Positions 19,390 through 29,200 of a stretch of DNA of 64,000 nucleotides are shown piece after piece. The position numbers and the translations under genes are program-made. How positions within the stretch are numbered: the first letter of the stretch is position 1; every line of letters starts with the position of its first letter. The stretch comes from Bacteroidales bacterium (lineage in GTDB: Bacteria; Bacteroidota; Bacteroidia; Bacteroidales; JAAYJT01): contig JBASHR010000091.1 in assembly GCA_049654165.1 (NCBI GenBank), positions 9,524 through 73,523 of the forward strand, written 5' to 3'. The notes under the pieces are model-generated. The model had not been told where the DNA came from. It did not search any database and saw only the letters and a list, made by a program, of their open reading frames with translations.

Positions 19390-20631
19390 TTAACCTTCGT
19401 TATTGTTAATTGCCCTGATTCTTTGCAGCAGGGTAGGGTGGGAGTAATGGAAAAACACATATAAAGGGTGAGGGGTAAGGTTGCCAAGATTTTTCTGGGT
19501 AAGCTTTTTCAGGCTGTTTATCAGCTCCTGACCAAATCCATAGTCTTTAGCATACCTGTCAGCCTGATATTCAGCTTTCCGCGACCAAAGGTTTAAAAAT
19601 ATTCCAAGTATAAATGATATGGGGCTGAACAAAATTCCAAAGGCTATCATACCTATATGAAAAGAATGTTCCTCAACACCAAATGCTGTGCTAAGCTCAG
19701 GGCTTCCGATAAACACTGAGAACACCAGTAATATTATTCCGGTTTGTAAAATGCCAGTTATCAGGTTTATCCATATGTGTTTTTTCTTGTAATGACCCGT
19801 TTCATGAGCTAAGACAGCCACTATTTCAGTTTTCTCCAGGTCGTTGATCAGTGTGTCGTAAAGAACAATGCGTTTTTTAGGACCTATACCAGTAAAATAA
19901 GCATTGGCTTTTGTGGATCGTTTCGAACCATCAATAACAAAAATATTTTTCAGCTTAAAGCCGGCTTTATTGACAAACTGCAGGATAGAATCACGCAATT
20001 CTCCTGCTTCAAGAGGGGTTTGTTTATTGAATAAAGGTACAATGATACTTGAATATACAAGGGTCATGAATATCGAAAAAATGCTAATGGCTATCCATGC
20101 ATATATCCAGAACATTTGCGGGGTTTTCATATAAATCCATATGATTAATGAAAGCAGTCCGCCGCCTATTATTGCACCTAGCAGCCAGCCTTTGAGTTTG
20201 TCGAGTATAAAAATTAAAGGTGTGGTTTTATTAAAGCCAAAACGTTCTTCGATCACGAAAGTCTGATAAACCGCAAAAGGAGTTGAAAGAATATCGGATA
20301 CAAGCATTAATGAGCCAAAAAACAATAATGCCATAAGTACTGGATGTGTGGTAATGCTACGGATTATCCCGTCAGCCCATGGAATACCACCAGCCAGAAT
20401 AAAAACCATCATTACCAGAAACCCGAAAGTACCTGAGATCAGACCAAAACGGGTATTTGCCTTTTTGTATTGCTGTTGTCTGGAGTATTGTTCTTCATCA
20501 TAAATACCTTTCAACTCATCGGGAATATGAGTGAAATGATGCCGATAGTTAAGAAAGTCAAGCCATAGTTCAAACAAAAAGTCGGCAACAAGGATGGCTA
20601 TAATGATACTGAAAAGTAATGAGGGGCTCAT
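19390..20631 (-). CDS. M48-family (Ste24/HtpX-like) membrane zinc metallopeptidase
   Basis: Multi-transmembrane N-terminal half and HExxH motif 'HETGHYKKKH'. Confidence 0.85.
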   Translation of the reverse strand: MSPSLLFSIIIAILVADFLFELWLDFLNYRHHFTHIPDELKGIYDEEQYSRQQQYKKANTRFGLISGTFGFLVMMVFILAGGIPWADGIIRSITTHPVLMALLFFGSLMLVSDILSTPFAVYQTFVIEERFGFNKTTPLIFILDKLKGWLLGAIIGGGLLSLIIWIYMKTPQMFWIYAWIAISIFSIFMTLVYSSIIVPLFNKQTPLEAGELRDSILQFVNKAGFKLKNIFVIDGSKRSTKANAYFTGIGPKKRIVLYDTLINDLEKTEIVAVLAHETGHYKKKHIWINLITGILQTGIILLVFSVFIGSPELSTAFGVEEHSFHIGMIAFGILFSPISFILGIFLNLWSRKAEYQADRYAKDYGFGQELINSLKKLTQKNLGNLTPHPLYVFFHYSHPTLLQRIRAINNNEG

Positions 20632-20645
20632 TGAAAAATGATGAT

Positions 20646-22175
20646 TTAGTAAGGTAATTCCTGTTCTTCATCGGTTTCATCATCCATTTCATTCATTTTA
20701 CTCTGGTAGGTAACCACATTCTGACCATATGCCTGACCTGTTCCGGGTTCAAACTGAGGTGCAGTTTCAAGTTCGAGGAATTGAGCATTTTTATCAATAA
20801 ACTGGAATCTCAGATCACTTAACTTTCCGTTTCTATGCTTCGCAATGCTTACTTCAGCAATTCCTCTGGTGGAGTTACCCTGGTCGTCCACTGTAATTTT
20901 ATAATACTCAGGACGATATAGGAACAGCACCAGGTCGGCATCCTGTTCAATAGCCCCCGATTCACGAAGGTCGGACAGGATGGGTTTTTTTGAACCTCCG
21001 CGGGTTTCAACAGCACGGCTTAGCTGAGAAATAGCTATGATTGGAATATTCAATTCTTTGGCAAGGCTTTTTAGTGAACGTGAGATATTACTTATTTCCT
21101 GCTCACGGTTTCCTTTTATCTCACCACCACCCGACATTAACTGAAGGTAGTCAATCATTGCAAGCTGTATGTCGTGTTGAGCTTTAAGCCGGCGACATTT
21201 AGCCCTTAATTCAAAAATAGTAAGCGCCGGACTGTCGTCAATAAGTAGGGGGGCATCTTCAAGGTTCTTGATTTTTGCATTTAGCTGGTGCCACTCATGA
21301 TTTTCGAGATTACCCTTTTTAAGTTTTTCGGCAGCTAGCCCGGTTTCTGCTGAAATAAGGCGGGTAACAAGCTGGATTGCAGACATTTCAAGAGAAAATA
21401 CAGCAATAGGCTTATTATAAACAACTGAAATATTAAGAGCCATTGAAAGCATAAATGCTGTTTTACCCATACCTGGTCTGGCTGCAATAATGATAAGGTC
21501 AGAAGGCTGCCAGCCGTTGGTTACGCGGTCTAACGATGAAAATCCCGACGGAACCCCGCTAAGCCCACCTTCTGTATTTTTTGCTTTTTCAATGTTTTCT
21601 ACAGCTTCCCTGATAAGATCAGGCATATTATAAACGCTGCGCCTGATATTGGTTTCGCTTAACGAAAACAAATTCCTTTCAGCCTTGTCGAGCAAATCAA
21701 AAACATCAACAGTATCTTCAAAAGAGTCATGAATTATTTCGGATGAAGTACGAATCAATTCACGCTGTATATATTTCTGCATTAAGATACGTGCGTGGTA
21801 TTCAATATTGGCTGCCGATGATATCCGGTTTGTAAGTTGGGTGATGTAAAATGGACCGCCTACAATGTCAAGCTTGCCATTGGTTTTGAGTTTGTTTGTA
21901 ACTGTAAGGATATCAACCGGTTGGGTTTCCTGAAATAATTGCAGTATTGCTTCATAAATATACTGATGTATCTCTTTATAGAAAGTTTCCGGTTTTAATA
22001 TATCAATCACTGCTGTGAGAGCATCTTTCTCAAGCATGATAGCGCCAAGTACGGCTTCTTCAAGATCCAGCGCCTGTGGCGGCAGTTTTCCATGTTCGCT
22101 TATATCGCTGACAGCAACCCGTTTAGCGGTTCTTCTGGTAGTTTTTTCAGCGATAGGTGTTTTAGTTTCTTCCAT
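20646..22175 (-). CDS. dnaB: Replicative DNA helicase DnaB
   Basis: 'PPQALDLEEAVLGAIML' N-terminal domain, Walker A 'ARPGMGKTAF', and 'SLEMS', 'IDYLQLM' and 'ISQLSRAVE' blocks. Confidence 0.95.
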   Translation of the reverse strand: MEETKTPIAEKTTRRTAKRVAVSDISEHGKLPPQALDLEEAVLGAIMLEKDALTAVIDILKPETFYKEIHQYIYEAILQLFQETQPVDILTVTNKLKTNGKLDIVGGPFYITQLTNRISSAANIEYHARILMQKYIQRELIRTSSEIIHDSFEDTVDVFDLLDKAERNLFSLSETNIRRSVYNMPDLIREAVENIEKAKNTEGGLSGVPSGFSSLDRVTNGWQPSDLIIIAARPGMGKTAFMLSMALNISVVYNKPIAVFSLEMSAIQLVTRLISAETGLAAEKLKKGNLENHEWHQLNAKIKNLEDAPLLIDDSPALTIFELRAKCRRLKAQHDIQLAMIDYLQLMSGGGEIKGNREQEISNISRSLKSLAKELNIPIIAISQLSRAVETRGGSKKPILSDLRESGAIEQDADLVLFLYRPEYYKITVDDQGNSTRGIAEVSIAKHRNGKLSDLRFQFIDKNAQFLELETAPQFEPGTGQAYGQNVVTYQSKMNEMDDETDEEQELPY

Positions 22176-22364
22176 GACCCAAAAATAAGTAATTACATTA
22201 TATCCCTGCAGAATTAACTACAAAAAAGTTTTTAACACCGGATAAGACACGCCACAAGCCTAAAAAGAGTCATAAACCTTTATTCCTACAAAATAAAAGC
22301 TATCTCTTGCTGAACTATTAAATGCTGATCTATCCTATTAATTCTGCAGATTTTGAACCCCGAA

Positions 22365-22778
22365 GGGGTGCAATTATTATAACCCCAATGTTTTCACTCC
22401 ACCATAGAGAACCCCGAAGGGGTGACATAATATTATCCGGCACTTCGCGAGCCTCAGGGTCCATGATAACAGCCTCGTAGAGATGTAATAATCAGGCGCT
22501 TCGGGAGCTTCAGCACCCGGAAAATTAGCCTTACCTGCCTTTATCAAATTCGTTAAGGCTTGCAACTCTTAGGAAGGGCATTTTGTAATAAATCGCTCTA
22601 ATCCTGCCATCTGGAACCCCGAAGGGGTGTTATGATTATAACGTGTGGTGCTCTAAATAACATGCAAACCCCGAAGGGGTGGTATAATATTATCCGACAC
22701 TTCGAGAACCTCAGTGTCTGTGCTAATAACCTTGTAGGGATGTGATAATCCGGGCGCTTCGATAGCCTAAGCACCCGT
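22365..22778. repeat. Hairpin-rich composite tandem repeat, array 1 (about 1.65 units, 249-257 bp period)
   Basis: 'accccgaaggggtg' occurs at 22367, 22411, 22616 and 22668. Stem-loops of the form GRCRC-N13-GYGYC have the conserved loop 'ttcgRgagcctca'. The unit order is A-B-D-A-B. Confidence 0.9.
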
Positions 22779-22835
22779 GATATGAGGAGATTTTTTGATA
22801 GAGATTTCTCCCATAATTTTTATAATCATCATCAA

Positions 22836-23993
22836 TTAATCCAGATTTTTCAGATTTCTGAAATTTACCAGATTCACATCACGAACAACCTGTTCAAAAT
22901 CACCGTCATATATTAGTAACGGGTTCACTGCCCTGTCAGGAAATGTTTTCTTGAAATACGTAAATTGTTTTAAAAAATCCGGATGAAACGTTGCAGATGA
23001 CTTTACTTCAACAGGTTGCAATTGATGTCCAAGGCGACGAACTATGTCCACTTCGCTGTGGTTACTGTCACGATAAAAGAACAGATTGCTGTCAAGTCCT
23101 TTATTAAAACGCATTTTCATAAATTCAACCACCACCATATTCTCAAAAATTGCTCCCCTTAGCGGGTCACGGTTTAGTTGATTTGTGTTTTCAATTCCCA
23201 AAAGATAAGATAGTAAGCCCACATCATAAAAGTAAATTTTAGGTGATTTTATAAATCTTTTACTGACATTATCGGAAAAAGGCTGCAACATAAAAATGAT
23301 ATAGGATGCTTCAAGGATGTTTATCCATGCCTTCACTGTTGCAACTGTGATGCCGGTTTCACCTGCAATAGCTGAAAGATTGACCAGATTTCCGGCACGG
23401 CCGGCACATATCCGTACAAAACGCTGGAACTGGCTAAGATCTTTGACTTTGATAAGACTATGCAGGTCGCGTTCAATGTAAGTTTCGTAATAATTGCGGT
23501 ATGCCTTGTAAGGAGTGAGGTTATGCGCATAAACTCCGGGATAATATCCGCGGAGCATAATACTGTCCGTTGTGCTATTAGCACTATCACCAATTTCAGA
23601 AATTGAAAATGGCAACAATTTAATAATTGCTGTTCTTCCTGCCAGGGATTGAGTAACACTATCCAGCAAAGAAAACTGATTGCTTCCAGTGAGAATAAAT
23701 TTTACGCTATCTCTGTACTCATCAATTACCTCCTGTAGATACGAAAGTAACTGAGGCAGATGCTGTATTTCATCAAGAATTGCACCTTTTTGATTCTGTT
23801 TCAAAAACGAGCGCGGGTCTGATTCCACCATAGCTCTGGTATCTGGACTTTCAAAGCTATAATACGGCAGATGTCCGAACAAATGTTTTACAAGCGTTGT
23901 CTTACCAGATTGTCTAGGTCCGGTAATAGTGAGTACAGGGTATTGTGCTGCCATTTCCAGTACTTCTGCTTCTATTTCTCTTCTTAAATACAT
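22836..23993 (-). CDS. AAA_14/DUF4143-type ATPase (COG1373-like), function unknown
   Basis: Walker A 'GPRQSGKTT', Walker B-like 'AILDEIQ', and a C-terminal 'EVDIV...VEVK' region as in DUF4143 proteins. Confidence 0.8.
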   Translation of the reverse strand: MYLRREIEAEVLEMAAQYPVLTITGPRQSGKTTLVKHLFGHLPYYSFESPDTRAMVESDPRSFLKQNQKGAILDEIQHLPQLLSYLQEVIDEYRDSVKFILTGSNQFSLLDSVTQSLAGRTAIIKLLPFSISEIGDSANSTTDSIMLRGYYPGVYAHNLTPYKAYRNYYETYIERDLHSLIKVKDLSQFQRFVRICAGRAGNLVNLSAIAGETGITVATVKAWINILEASYIIFMLQPFSDNVSKRFIKSPKIYFYDVGLLSYLLGIENTNQLNRDPLRGAIFENMVVVEFMKMRFNKGLDSNLFFYRDSNHSEVDIVRRLGHQLQPVEVKSSATFHPDFLKQFTYFKKTFPDRAVNPLLIYDGDFEQVVRDVNLVNFRNLKNLD

Positions 23994-24019
23994 TTTTATG
24001 TATATTTATAGTTGAACTG

Positions 24020-24027
24020 CAAATATA
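24020..24027 (-). promoter_or_regulatory. Candidate -7 box (TATATTTG) for the ATPase gene
   Basis: Plus strand 'caaatata' is TAnnTTTG on the minus strand, 27 nt upstream of the ATG at 23993. Confidence 0.3.
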
Positions 24028-24086
24028 CATAATATTAATAAATGATGTATCAGTTTGTTTTTTTATTAAAGGCTTATAATAAGAAT

Positions 24087-24657
24087 AAAGCCCCAAAGGT
24101 GGTATTATATTATTTCACGATTCAATAACCTCAGCACCCGAAAAATCAACCTTATATGCCTTTATCAAATTCGTAAAGATTTGCAACCCACGTGATAACA
24201 TTTTGTAATAAACCGCCTTAACTCTGCCATTTAGAACCCCGAAGGGGTGTTATGATTATAACACCTGTGATGCTCTAAACCACTTTTAAAGCCCGAAGGG
24301 GTGACATAATATTATCCGACGCTTCGAGAGCCTCAGTGTCCATGATAACAATCTTGTAGGGATGCAATAATCAGTCGCTTCGGGAGCCTCAGCGCCCGGA
24401 AAGTCAGTACTATATGTCTTTAACAATCCCTAAGGTCTGCAACCCCACGTGAAGGCATTTTGTAATAAACCGCCTTAACTCTGTCATCTAAAACCCCGAA
24501 GGGGTGTTATGATTATAACACCTGTGATGCTCTAAACAACATGTAAACCCCGAAGGGGTGACATAATATTATCCGACACTTCGAGAGCCTCAGTGTCTGT
24601 ACTAACTGCTCCGTAGGGATGCAATAATCTGGCGCCTCGGGAGCCTCAGCGCCCAGG
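24087..24657. repeat. Hairpin-rich composite tandem repeat, array 2 (about 2.6 units, 257 bp period)
   Basis: 'accccgaaggggtg' occurs at 24236, 24493 and 24547, with the variant 'agcccgaaggggtg' at 24290 and a degenerate copy at 24087. The unit order is B'-D-A-B-D-A-B, in the same orientation as array 1. Confidence 0.9.
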
Positions 24658-24683
24658 GGTTATAATATGATAGAAACAGCGAC

Positions 24684-26147
24684 TCAGTCAGCCTCTATTA
24701 TATCATGCAGGAAATTATAGAAGTATCTTATAGCTTTTAAATACTGAACCGAGGATTTTTTCATTTTATTCATGAAAGAATCAGCTTCAGGCAGATTTGC
24801 TACAGCTTCATTATATTCAAGTATTGCTTCAGCATCAGATAAAACCTTTTCAATAGCGAGTTCACTGTTGTAATGAGCTGCTATAGCTAAAATATCACTT
24901 TGTCCGAAAAAAACTGGGTCATAATAATAGTTCAGTGAAAGAACATCTTCAAGATCTATAAATGAAACAGGGTTAATTTCCGGTTCGGATGCGATAAGCT
25001 CATCATATATCAATCTGATTTCTTTATCATTAAAAGTAACTATACAATTACACTTAGCAGCAATATCTGAAAGTATTTGTTTGAATTGTATGAGGGGGTT
25101 GATATCAGGTTCAGGCAAATAATGATTTATTTCCATTTCTGTATCCTGTTCTCCGGGTATTCCAACACTAATAAAAAACGGAAGTTGTTCGTAGGGCTTT
25201 AAGCCGTCAAACAAAGGCAAAGCAGGTTTATGATACCAAACCCTCAAAAAACATACAGGATGATTTCTTTTCCCCAGAAATTCTTTTAAAGACGCTTTGT
25301 CAGTTAATATGATATTTTCTTTATGAGCTTTGAGTTTCCTTATTTGCACCGGATTTGTAATGAAATCATCCGGAATATTGTCAGGGAGTAATATTCCTTT
25401 GTAATACAGGTCGAATTTCTGAATTTCATCCAGCCATTGCAGCTTAAAAACCGAGTTCTGTGGTACATGTTTCCAGCAGTGCCCTTTAAAATCGCATGGA
25501 TAAGGGTAATCACAATAAGTACCGATGTCAATTGCGGGTGATTTACTAAGTTTTATCACTGCAAGCTGCTCTTTGATCTCCTGTTCCACAAATGGCTGTA
25601 GCTTTAATATATCTTTAGTAACATTTTGCTGTATAAATAACTCGTTGAGTTTTGGTTCGCCATCAAGGACATAATCCTTATTCATATAAATAATGAAGAT
25701 GCCATCGAGTTTCAGTCCGCTGCCGGTGATCACATAGTATTGCAGAGCGGCATCCATTAAATATGTTTCGCTGATCGCAAGTGAGCTTTTAACTTCATAG
25801 CCGTACCATTTACCATCCTGAAACGTCAGGATATCGAGAGCAGCCAGTACATCATGATATATAAATGCTGCTTCATAGATAGTTTCAGTATTTTGAGAAA
25901 TGAGGCTTTGTGTATATGCCACCGATTTTGAATACTGAAAAGGGGTAGAAGGTGATGCATCCACACCTTCGGGGAACAGGTCTCTGGCAAGTATACCTAT
26001 ATTAGTTCCTCGTTTGAACTTTGCAAGTTGTTCAGGTGTCAGCTTGTCGCGAAGATAATAGCGTTTTTTGTATAAATACAATGCTTTATGGCATTGCCAG
26101 CCTCTGATAAAAGCTGATTTGGAAAGAGCATGTTTACTGGCTGTCAT
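24684..26147 (-). CDS. DUF2779-like protein with N-terminal Cas4/AddB-type PD-(D/E)xK Fe-S nuclease domain
   Basis: Cys in 'GWQCHKALY' plus 'CDYPYPCDFKGHC' gives the 1+3 Cys pattern of Cas4/AddB clusters. 'D(ILT)...YEVKSS' is a D...ExK motif. The C-terminal ~250 aa are unassigned. Confidence 0.7.
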   Translation of the reverse strand: MTASKHALSKSAFIRGWQCHKALYLYKKRYYLRDKLTPEQLAKFKRGTNIGILARDLFPEGVDASPSTPFQYSKSVAYTQSLISQNTETIYEAAFIYHDVLAALDILTFQDGKWYGYEVKSSLAISETYLMDAALQYYVITGSGLKLDGIFIIYMNKDYVLDGEPKLNELFIQQNVTKDILKLQPFVEQEIKEQLAVIKLSKSPAIDIGTYCDYPYPCDFKGHCWKHVPQNSVFKLQWLDEIQKFDLYYKGILLPDNIPDDFITNPVQIRKLKAHKENIILTDKASLKEFLGKRNHPVCFLRVWYHKPALPLFDGLKPYEQLPFFISVGIPGEQDTEMEINHYLPEPDINPLIQFKQILSDIAAKCNCIVTFNDKEIRLIYDELIASEPEINPVSFIDLEDVLSLNYYYDPVFFGQSDILAIAAHYNSELAIEKVLSDAEAILEYNEAVANLPEADSFMNKMKKSSVQYLKAIRYFYNFLHDIIEAD

Positions 26148-26190
26148 GATTTGAAGCCCAAATATGTGGGCAAAGACTTATGCAGGCGGA

Positions 26191-26235
26191 TAAAAAAGAC
26201 CGGATGTATAGCGGTTTATCCCGCTATACATCCGG
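26191..26235 (-). terminator. Rho-independent terminator of the S8 peptidase gene
   Basis: Perfect 15-bp stem ccggatgtatagcgg/ccgctatacatccgg (26200-26214 and 26221-26235). The A6 run at 26192-26197 on plus gives a U-run on the minus transcript. Confidence 0.85.
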
Positions 26236-26242
26236 AGTTGAA

Positions 26243-29200
26243 TTATTTCATCGAAACTATTTTCTTGATAAACAGTTCATTACCAATGCTGATTCTGCAG
26301 AAATAAATTCCGGGCAACATGTCTTCTGACTCAACGGGCAGTTGATAATCGCCGGCTTGTTCATAAGTGTCTTTCAATGATAGTATTATTTTACCCTGAG
26401 AATTGAACAATGCAATATTAACCTGTGAATCTACCGGTAATGAATAGGATATCATTGTTGAACCTGAGAAGGGATTAGGATAAACAGCAGGTTCGTAAAT
26501 TTTGGTCATTAAATTTTCATTATACTGATATTTCATCATCGGCACTTCTATTGCATTAACATTGGCAGCAACTACTTCACCCCAGGCGAGGTCATTGAGT
26601 CTGGTTTTGAATTTCATGATGGTTGTTCTTTCAGCAGGCAGGGGCGAATTATCGAAGCTGAAAATAATACAGCGCAGGCTGTTGCCAATTTCAGCACATC
26701 TGAATTCATAGCCTCTCATAGCTATTTCTACATCCTTCATTGTTAATCCCTGAATATCAAATTGCAATCCGGCTAGTGTGCCATCATTTGCAAGTTCAAT
26801 TCCATCATTATTCAGATAAATATACCCTATTTCTGAATTCACTATTTGCGAGCCATTTTTACCTCCACTCATAATTATATTAACTGTGCCAACAATATCC
26901 AGCACGTTGATGACATTATCTCCGTTAATGTCAGCATTTTCAAAACAGAACGGAGTAGGATTCTGAAGCAGAACGTAATTGGTAGTTGTAACAACATCGA
27001 GTACATTCACAACTCCGTCGCAGTTGGAATCACCCGGCAACGGCAGGCTCATACTTCCAATGAAAATATTGTCAATAAACACATTGTCACCCTCACTACT
27101 GATCTTATCATGTATGCGGCAGCTTGATTGAAGTGTTATTGTGAAAGCCGTGCCTTTAAATTCAGAAAGATTGAATATCTTTTTGGAAAACGGATCAGTA
27201 TTTGAGGTTGGATTAAAATCCATAACACCATCAATATCAGCAACCTGAATAGTATCATTTATAAGAACTCTGAACCATGAGAATTTGGGTCCCAGACTAT
27301 ATGTCTGACGCAAATCAAAAGCCAGATATACCTCGGGCATATTAGTAGCGTCAACATTACATATTTCAGCAAAACCATGAAAATCAACGTTTGAATTCCA
27401 TGCCTGCTGTGGTGTTGTTCCTGTAGGTGTACCTGACCAGCCTGTGAATAATCCAGCACCGGTGAAATGCAATCCGAATTCACTTTCTTTTGCCGAACGC
27501 CTGTCAACTTTTACATATGCCTTTGAGTTTGAGGAAAGAATGAAATTATCTGATTCTCCGCTTTCAAAATCATCTTCAAGAGGGAGGTTTCTTCCGTCAA
27601 TGGTAAAATGATCATCAAAAACCTTGGTGGTACTGCCATTGGCGTTAACTACGGTAACCTGGACGCTGTAAACACCGGGAGCAGTGAAAATAATTTCGGG
27701 ATGCTGACTAGCAGAGTTGGTTCCGTTAATGAACATATATGTTGAAGGTGTAAAACTCCATTGCCAGCTGGTAGGATTATAAAGAGTATTATCTTCAATT
27801 GTAATTGGGTCATAAATACAACCAGTTGTTAGGCTGGCTTCAAACTGCGGATACGGAGCAGGGTTGTTTGTTACCACAATGAAGCCTTGTTTGGTAAGGG
27901 TTTCATTTCCGTATGCATTTTGAACTGTCAGGGTCACATCGTATGTGCCGGAAGCGGAATAGGTAATACCTGTGGGATCTTTAACAGTTGAAGTAGCAGG
28001 CATACCTCCATTGAATGTCCAGTTCCAGGAATTGGGAATTCCTTTTGTGAGATCGGTGAAATTAATTGACTGACCGGGTTGAATAATAGTAACGGGAGTA
28101 CTGAAAGCAGGTTGTGGTGAAAAAGGAACAGCTTTAACAGCTTCGTAGGCATCAATTCTTCCGGCACCCAACTGTCCTGCCCATTGTGGATTCAAAGCGT
28201 CAATATTAACGCAAGTAGCTTCCATAACGCTTTTAAGATCAGCATTTGTGAGGTTGGGATTAATTGATTTCATCAATCCGGCAAGTCCTGCTGCCACAGG
28301 TGTAGCCATTGAAGTACCAAAATATGAATCGTAGTAACCCATTGACGTGTTTTCAAACACAGTGCTTAAAAGTCCCATAGGACCGGGTGAAGCATAACCT
28401 CCCGGAGCACATACTGAAACGTAGGTACCCCAGTTCGAAAAGTCAGTTTTTACGTCATTATCATTAGTTGATGCAACAGCAATAACGTGATTATATCCTG
28501 CAGGATATCTTATTGCATTGTCAGACTCGTTTCCTGCAGAAGCTAAAAACGAAATTCCCATTGCTGCTCCCGTATTAATCATATTCTGATATGTCTGGCT
28601 GTATCCTGAACCTCCAAATGACATGCTTATAACATCGGCGCCATTGTTAATTGCCCAGTTAACACCCTGCTGAGAGTGAGTAATTGTTACTGCCTGACTG
28701 GAAGCTCTTACGCCAATTATACTTGTATTATAGCCAATTGCAGCAATTCCGAGATGATTATTCGTTTCGCCTGCAGCAAGTCCGGCACAGTGAGTTCCAT
28801 GCGACCAGTCGCCAGGATCACCGGTATTTGGAGGATTTGAATCAGGGGTGTTATTTACCACGTTACGCTGCAAAACAACTTTATTGGTGAGATCGGGATG
28901 GTGTGACCATACAGCATTATCAACAATGGCAATTTTAATTTCAGGATCGCCCTTTGTAATTTCCCATGCCTGTTCAGCATTGATAACATCGAGATGCCAT
29001 TTCCATTTATATGGCCCATTGACCAGATTGTAAAGGCTGTCGTTAGGCTTGAAATCAAGATAATAGCAAGGTACTTTTTCTGCATAATCTATTTCAGGTT
29101 TGGATTCAAGTTCTGAAATTATTTTATCGAGTGCTTTATGATCGGCGAAAGTTAAAAGGAAGGTTCTTAATAATTTGATATCATTATTAGCATCAAGAGG

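Noticed and set aside
22377-22565. 62-aa ORF (minus strand) inside repeat array 1
   Set aside because: It starts with TTG. The equivalent frame in the other repeat units is broken by stops and indels (for example the unit at 24300-24450), so it is not conserved as coding.
22365-24657. CRISPR array or integron attC-cassette interpretation of the repeats
   Set aside because: The period is ~250 bp with no short repeat-unique spacer alternation, and no cas genes are present. The hairpins lack the RYYYAAC/GTTRRRY cores, and there is no integrase gene in the window.
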